DNA from: Octopus sinensis
Taxonomy: Eukaryota
Assembly (NCBI RefSeq): GCF_006345805.1
Contig: NC_042999.1
Coordinates: 148,118,001 to 148,182,000, forward strand
Direction of reading: 5' to 3'
DNA: 64,000 nucleotides
Shown here: piece by piece, positions 37,169 to 46,400 of the stretch
How the letters are laid out: each line of letters begins with the position of its first letter
How positions within the stretch are numbered: the stretch's first letter is position 1
Translations under genes and position numbers: made by a program
The notes under the pieces: model-generated
Databases searched by the model: none
The model's input: the letters and a program-made list of their open reading frames with translations, nothing else
Told to the model about the DNA's origin: nothing

Positions 37169-40100
37169 TTATTTATTTATTTATTTTATCTAGTTTCAGC
37201 TCACGAGCTGTGGCCATGCTGGGGCACCGCCATTTAGTGTCGCTACATGATTTTACTTCACGAATGCTTTTTAGCAATTGCCATTTGGTGCATGAGGGAG
37301 TTCGATGCAGCTGCCCTCATCTGCACCTCCTGTCGTGAAGTTGGTTCATCTGGGACACCTGACAGGAAGAGATCCAGTTTTATTTTAAAGACATCTGATT
37401 CCACCCCATGCAGGTCTCTCAGGTTCTTCGGGAGGATATTGAAGAGCCCAGGCTATCACAGTATCTTGTTCTACATCTTGATGGCAAATTTGGAGTCCTT
37501 GGCACTATGCAGTGGCACCCAGTTCTAGTATTTGTGTAACTCTCGATGCCAAAGTTTGGGACAAGTCCTTCTAGGATCTTCCAGATGTATATTATGGCAT
37601 ATCTTTCTCGCCTACGCTCTAAGGAATAGAGTCTTAATCTCTTGAGTCTTTCCCGGTAGCTTATATGCTACACAGAGGCTATCTTCTTCGTGTAGCCTCG
37701 TTGGATCGCCTCAAGTTCTGTGATTAACTTGACACTGGATGGTGACCATAGCTGAGAGCAATAGTCAAAGTGGCTTAGGACAAGTGTCCTCCAGAGGACC
37801 ATCATGGTTTCCTGGTCTCTTGTTCTAAAGGTTCTAAGAATCCATCCGGTCAGCCGCCTACATTTCATTGCCAATTTAGCAACATGCACATGAAAGGTTG
37901 CACCATCACTCATGTAAATACCCAGGACTCGCACTGATTGTGCCTCTGGGATTGCAATCCCTCCAGGTCCAGTGTATTTATTGGGTATTGCATTTAGTTT
38001 TGCATGCTGATAGCATAAAGCTTGAAACTTTTCGGCGTTGAACTGCATGCTATTCTTTTCAGCCCACTTGTATATTTTGTCCAGCTCACATTGCAGGTGC
38101 ATAGTGTCTTCAGGGTTCTGTATTGCCTGTGAAACTTTTGTATCATCTGCATAACTTGTGATCGTGGCTCTCTGCGTGGCTGAGGGCATGTCTGAGAGGG
38201 CCATTATGAACAGTAGTGGTCCCAAAACAGTGCCCTGCGGAACACCGCTCACTATTTGCGTGTTGATGGAAGTGGCCCCATTGGCTACTACCATCTGGCT
38301 TCTATCCTTCAGAAAGTCATGAAGCCATTCTCCCAATTTTCCAACTATGCCAAGATCACGCAGTTTGTGAAATATCATTCCATGATCGACTTTATCAAAG
38401 GCCTTTGCAAAGTCGAGATATATCACTTCCACATTTGAGTGGTTGAGCAGTCGTTTCAGCACCCAGTCATAGTGTTGTAGGAGCTGAGTTAGGCAGCTTC
38501 TTCCTGGTCGGAAACCATGTTGGGTGTCAGGCAGCAAGTCATTTTCTTCAAGGAAGGTGATTAGTTTTCTTCTGACTATTCGTTCCATGATCATGCTGAT
38601 GTGTGAGGTCAGAGAGATAGTTCTGTAGTTCTTGGCCTCCGCTCTGCTACCTCCTTTATGAATAGGGCATATTTTACCTTCCTTCAGTTTTCTTGGAAGT
38701 TTGCCAGTTGCAAGGAAGCTCTGAAAGAGGAACTGCAGTGGTCTTGCTAGGACTCTCTTACATACTTTTAGAAGGATTGCTGGGAATCCATCGGGGCCAA
38801 TAGCTGAGTTTGTTTTCATTTCATCTATAGCCTTTATTACATCGTCTTCCTTTGTATTGATGTAATCAATCTTCGCTGCCTCTGATTTTATATCTGCAGT
38901 GGTAAAGAAGTCAGTTGGATTGCTGACTTGAAAATGCCCTAGGGGTGGAGTGAAAATACTCTTGAATTGCTCATTTAGTATTTCACTTATCCTCATTGGA
39001 TTTCCTGTGAGTGTGCCATCTTTTCAAGGAGTGGCCCTATCCTACAGTGCACCGTAGCTGTTTCTTTGGCATACCTGTAGAAAGCTCTGGGGTTAGATTT
39101 TATGTTGTCTATAGCCCAGGCTTCTTTGTCTGCTCTTTCTTTTTCATGGGAGAGTAGCAGACATTTTTCAATTTCCAACAGTTTTATTTTCAGGCGGGAC
39201 TTTTCACTGCTTTCAATTTGTTTGTTTACGCGATTTGAAACTTTTGTACGCCGTCTCATTAGAATGTTCCTCTCTCTGGGGATTTTGTTCTTGTGTACAG
39301 TGGCCTTTCTCTCTGGGACACATTTGTAGCATATGGCTTGCATTACAGACATGAATTGTTGAAGTTTCATGTCGATGTCTGGCGAGGAGAGACATTCAGG
39401 CCAGTTTTGTTTGAGGATCTCTTTCTCAATTTGTTTCCAGTTTGCCTTATGGAAGTTCAAGCTGGAAAGATTTCTTGTAGACTGCATGTCCATGCTTTCC
39501 TTTGGCCCGTACATGGTCAGCTCTACCATGTTGTGATCCGAGAGTAGTGTCGGTGTCACTTTCACATTATGGATGAGATCCATATTATTTGTGAATCAGA
39601 GATCCAGTATGTTACCTGCCCTGGCTGGTTGGAGTATTATTTGCTCCATGTACAGAGTGTTGATGAGGTTCAGGAGGGACCTCGCCTGTCCTCGTTCGCA
39701 TCGTGTCATTCCAGGGAGAGAAAGGCCCTCGGGCCATCTGACATTGGGCAGATTGAAGTCTCCCATAAGAAGTACGCTTATGAGTTGTTCTAATGTGACT
39801 AGAACTTCTATTTTTATAAGGCACTCTTCAAACTTGCCTACATGGCTTGGAGCATCTGGAGGGCGATATGTAGCACAAATAACTACAACAAGTTGCCTTA
39901 TATGTACAATTAGTGTGTCACACACCGAATTTGAGTATGACAAAAGGACCTGGGGTGTGAGGTCCTCGCGGATGTACATAGCAACTCCTCCATGACTCCT
40001 TTCTTTTCTGTCGGTCCGTAGTACAATATACTGTGGTATGTGTACTTCCGCATCTGCTATGTCCGGTTTCAGGTGTGTTTCCGTAAGTGCTATGCATAAG

Positions 40101-41483
40101 GCTTGATTGCATGCAACAAGGTCTCTCAAGAAAGGGATTTTTGTCTTGTTACTGAGTGTTAGCAGTCCTCTGATGTTCAGTAGGAGCATCGAGGTGATGT
40201 GTGTGCTGTTGCCGGTGGTGTTCATCTTGGGTCTATTTGCTGTGGCGGTCTTGTGTATTGTGAATAGTCCCATCTGCGAGTTTGAGTTTGATGGAGCCAG
40301 GTTAGCTGCTGTACAATCTTTTGTGCCATGCACAAAAAATATTCTTGTTCAGCAGCTGCCCTTTCAATAACATGTTGGTGGTTTGTAGCACGCACCACAT
40401 CTGCGTACCTCCGTTTTGGGGTAGGTGGTGCGTGGTCCATTCCTTTTCCTTTTGGCAGTTGGTTTCTGCCCTGTTTCATGTATATGTGGCAGGGTCTTTG
40501 GTGTGCAAAACGGCAGCCTGCACCTTCCTCTCTATGCTAGCAGACACCTTTCAGATAGAATTTACACATTCGTGTGCGCTGTCTTTTTCTATCCTTTTTG
40601 GTATATGGATAGTCAAGTTTGCTTCTATCCTTGGCTGTTTCATCTTTTGGTTTTGTTTGAGTTTTAGTTTTTCCTTCTTTTTATTCAAATTTGTTTTAAA
40701 TGCAAGATCTTAGGTGGGTCTATGAAATGTCATTAAATATATATATTGACTTAGGACGAGGATTAAATTTACTGTATCACTAACCTTGTCTGACAACTTT
40801 TTGTAAGAAAGTCCGCGTAATGTAGAACATACATATATTCATACAACTTAACCACTGGCAACCGGTCACCCTAATGAGATTGTTTCTCAAATAAATGGAG
40901 GGAGAAATGACCAGTGAGAAAAAGAGAAAAATAAAGAAAAATGAATGGGTTATTTTCATTTGGCCGTTCATGGAAAATAGAAAGGTTATATCTGAACTCC
41001 TTCTATGGGCCCTATCCGTCCAATTATAGATTAGATTTTTATTAAACTGCAATGAGCCTAGTAACATGTATAAAAGGATTCGTTAATGGGTGTAGACGGC
41101 AACTTGACACAAACTACCAAACTGATTGCTGTTTATATATACTGACAAAGATACCCGGCCTCGCTCGGGATTAAAATGGCATAGATTGTCATTGTCTTAC
41201 TTGTTTCAGCCATGTGATTGCGGCCTTCTGAAGCACCGCCGTTGGTCGAAGAAATCAACCACAGGATTTATTCTTTGTAAGCCTAGTACTCATTCTGTCA
41301 GTGTCTTTTACCAAACCGCTAAGTTACGGGAATGTAAACACAGCAACATCAGTTATCAAGCAATGGTGGGGGTACAAACGCAAGACACGCACACACATAC
41401 ACATATATACGACAGTCTTCTTTCAGTTTCCGAGTATGAAATCCATTCACACAAGGTTTTTGTCGGCCTGAGGCTATAATAAG

Positions 41484-41544
<61 letters not shown>

Positions 41545-41890
41545 AATCTCTGACCTCGCTCAGAGATTTATTATTGCTTGGTTACACTTTTTCGATATCA
41601 GTGACTTTTCGTCCCTGGAAAAAGGATATATATTTGCAAAGCGAGGCCTACTTTTCATCGACAACCGTTGATTGTCATATGCTGATGACGGATCAGTACC
41701 CAGAAACTCGAGTCCGAGTGTATCATAGGTTGAAGACGGGAAGGATGGCTTCCCTTGCAAATATTGATAGGGCACAGAAAGTGTGTCAATAGCCAGCTGG
41801 AGGAGGAGTCCTCCTGGGGCTACAAGCTACAGTAGCATCCAGCCTTAGGGTTTAGCCACATTTAAGTAACAAATATAATTCACGATATAT

Positions 41891-41963
<73 letters not shown>

Positions 41964-41982
41964 AGACATATACACATATATA

Positions 41983-42052
<70 letters not shown>

Positions 42053-42944
42053 GTAGCTGACATACTCGGTAATTCCCGGGAAAGCGGGCGTATCCCTTGG
42101 TTCCGTTCTCATAATTGTTTCGCTAGTCCAGTAACAACAATATAAAGTAGGTACCCTTCAAGACGGTTTTTGTGTATTTATTGAGAATACTGAACTCTCT
42201 TACAAGGGATCTTGTTTTTAGGACTACCCAATAACTTATGAATACCCAAATTGTGAAGTCAGTTATGTAATAGCATGAAATGAATTACTCTATAGTAACA
42301 ATTCAAATAAAGTAGCCCTGAAAATGGTTTTAATACGTTCCCAGAGTATATTTTAGGAGGAAATAATAAATAAGGTATATATACTAAAATCGTGAAACAT
42401 GTTACGTAATAACAGGTTAATCGGATATGAGATAATAACAATTCAAAGTAATTAACTGTAAAAAAAAGTTTTTGGGTGTTCCCAAAGAATATTACCCTCA
42501 GCAGCGCTTGTGTTGGTATATTCGTGAATAAGTCACTAACCGAAATAAGTGGATCTATTGTTTAGGACAATACTATTTACTTGTTTAAGTGTTGTATTGG
42601 ATACATTGAGAAAATAACTAAAAGAGTTCAAATACTAAGAAATAAGCATACTAAAAATGAATGGGTTATTTCCCTTGGTGGTTGTTTCCAGGAGGGAATG
42701 TGTTACTTCCCTTGGAAGCTTAAAATATTTACTCTCTTACGCCCAAATGTTATTCCTCCCGCCGTTTACCCGAACATTTTTTTTTGAAATAAATTTATAC
42801 TTAAAACCTCCCCAGACACATAAGCAATGTGCATGCGAAGTTTAAGAAAAATCGGTGGAGCCGTTTTGGCGCAAAACGAGGACATACCAATACACACACC
42901 CACACACACACACACACACACACATTTTCAGATTTCATACACAC

Positions 42945-42990
<46 letters not shown>

Positions 42991-43361
42991 TGTTGGATCT
43001 TACTCATAAGGTATTGGAATCTTACATTGTGTATAAACTCTATATTTAGAATGAACAATTTTGAATACTGTTGGATTTTTCTCATAAGGAAATGGAATCT
43101 TACATATATACCATTCTGCCTAAAAAATGGATCTACAAATTCAATATCCCTACATATCTCACATCTATTTTATTTCCTCCACCTCACTCTCTATTTTGTA
43201 TCCTATGTAAATTAACTATTACTTAATCATCCTCTCACACCGTCTACGATGAAGGGACATAATAAATAAATATCCTGGAAACAGCTGTAAGACTTTCTAT
43301 CTATAAATGTTCTAATATCTACACAGCCTTGGTTTTTTTATCTCATTACGCAAAAAATTCT

Positions 43362-43430
<69 letters not shown>

Positions 43431-46400
43431 TTTCTTTCCTCCTTGCTTCCTTAAATCATATATCCAATACAAGGATATAAAACATGCACACATACATGGT
43501 GGTTGTCTAATCCTTATGCATATTTTGACCACTTCCTGTATCTACACCTTATCACCATCATGGTATCTGATGTGGCTTTTTAAGCCAGACAATGTTCTGA
43601 AAAGACACCCACATAGATTTCACATCCGATTTGGACCATCTTTGTGGAAATTCAAATGTCTTTTGAGGCCTCTGTTGGGTTTGCAAACCTTCTGGCATAC
43701 ACTACATTCAAAGGTGTGCACATACATGTAGGCAGAATAGTTGGTGGAGGTTCGCTTTCCATGGGTTCGCAGATGAGATTTGAGCCCAGCAAAAGACAGG
43801 CATGGTCTGTCACAGACTGTGCACACAAAAAGGTCATTGTAAATCATTTTCTTAATCGTTACATTTTTCCTTAGATCTCTTTTGGATCTTACATGCGTTA
43901 TCCTGGCCTCTTCGAATGCTTTCACTCCACTCCACACCTTTTTTTGCCATCAAACTCGATCCGAAGCAAGGGTTTCTATGTCTGCTGGATCCATTCTAAG
44001 TGACTTCATAGTAGTCCTTATGCCATCCTTAAACCTTTTAGGTTTACGCCGATAGCGTTTCCCCTCTGGAAGCTCACCATAAAACAGTTGTTTCGGCATG
44101 CGTTCATCTACCATTCGAACAATATGGCCACACTATCTCATTTGGTTCCTTAAAATCATAGCTTTAATTGAGATGATGCCTGTAGGTGCAAGGACATCTG
44201 TGTTTGGAATAAAAGAACTCCGTTTAATTTTCAAAATGCGATGAAGGCATTTTTGGTGGAATTGTTCTAACAATTTAAAATGCCTTTCATAACAAGTCCA
44301 CGTTTCACAGGAATACAACAGGGATGGTAAGACAAATGATTTGTAAAGAGCCAGCTTTGTATTCTTATTTATATGTCGCTGGCACCAAACGCGTGACTCC
44401 AAGCCACCAAAATGCTTTTGCTGCCCTTTGAATTCGCAGCTGTATTTCTGTATCAAGATTTCCAGCATGTTCAACAGAGTTTCCAAGGCAGATGAACGAA
44501 TCGACAACCTCAAGTAACTTACACTTAACAAAACTTTTAGAGGAGTTACAAACAGCACCACATACAATTGAGGCATTACAACTGTTTTTCTTTTTCCAAG
44601 TTCATGGTCAAGCCAAAATCATCACAAGCCGAGTCAAATGCATATACAAGAGATTGCAGACCTGTTTCAGAATGGCTGACAAGATCGCAATCGTCAGCGT
44701 ACAAAAGTTCCCTAATGAGTGAAGTAAAAACCTTCGTTTTAAATTTCAGTCTGGTCAGATTAAAATCATTTCTGTTGTTCGATATTTTATGTAAACCCCT
44801 CCTCAGAATTTTGAAAAGAATGTGACAACACAACAGCAAAGTATATTGCAAAGAGGGTAGGTGCATTAAGGTCTCCTTGCTTTACTCCATTAAAAGATTC
44901 AGAGAGCCTACCACCAAAGTTAACTCTAGCTTTCATATCTTGATGCAAAGCCCTGACCATTTTTACAAATTGATGGGGGGGGGACCTATTTTCCTTAGAG
45001 CTATCCACAGAGCATTTCGATTAATAGTATCGAATGATTTGCGCGAATCAACAAAGCAATGGTATAGAGCAAGATTCTGTTCAATACACTTTTCTTGTAA
45101 TTTTCTGACAAGTGTGCTCCTGGAGGAAGGAAAACCACACTGAGACTCAGACTCAATATTTGGAACTATAAAAGTATTTAAACGTTCGAACAAAATGCGG
45201 GCAAGTACCTTTCCAACCACAGACAAACGCGAAATCCCACGAAAATTACCACACAGATCCTTTGGCCCCGATTTATACAAGGATACTAAAATGGCGTCAA
45301 TCCAGACTTGAAGCACTTTCTCAGTTCTCCAACAGTGACAAATAAAAATATTTAAGAGTTCAAACATTTTGTCACCCCCCCCCCCATATTTCAAGACTTC
45401 TGCACAGATTCCATCAGACCCTGGAGACTTATTGTTATTCAGCTTATTCACAGCTAAATAAATGTCATTTAGGGTTGCATACATACTTACATGCACACAT
45501 ACATACATACATACATACATACATACATGCATACATGCATACATGCATACATACATGCATACATACATACATACATACATACATACATGCATACATGCAT
45601 ACATACATACATACATACATACATACATACATGCATACATGCATACATACATACATACAAACATACATACATACATACATACATACATACATACATACAT
45701 ACATACAAACATACATACAAACATACATACATACATACATACATACAAACATACATACATACATACATACATGCATATATATATACATACATACATACAT
45801 ACATACATACATACATACATACAAACATACATACATACATACATACATACATACATACATACATACATACATGCATATATACATACATACATACATACAT
45901 ACATACATACATACAAACATACATACATACATACATACATACATACATACATGCACACATACATACATACATACATACATACATACATGCATGCATACAT
46001 ACATACATACATACATACATACATGCATACATGCATACATACATACATACATACATACATACATACATGCATACATACATACATACATACATACATGCAT
46101 ACATGCATACATGCATACATACATACATACATACATGCATACATACATGCATACATACATACATACATACATACATACATGCATACAAACATACATACAT
46201 ACATACATACATACATACATACATACATGCATACATACATACACATACATACATACATACATACATACATACATGCATACATACATACATACATACATAC
46301 ATACATACATACATACAAACATACATGCATACATGCATACATACATGCATACATACAAACATACATACATACATACATACATACATACATACATACATAC

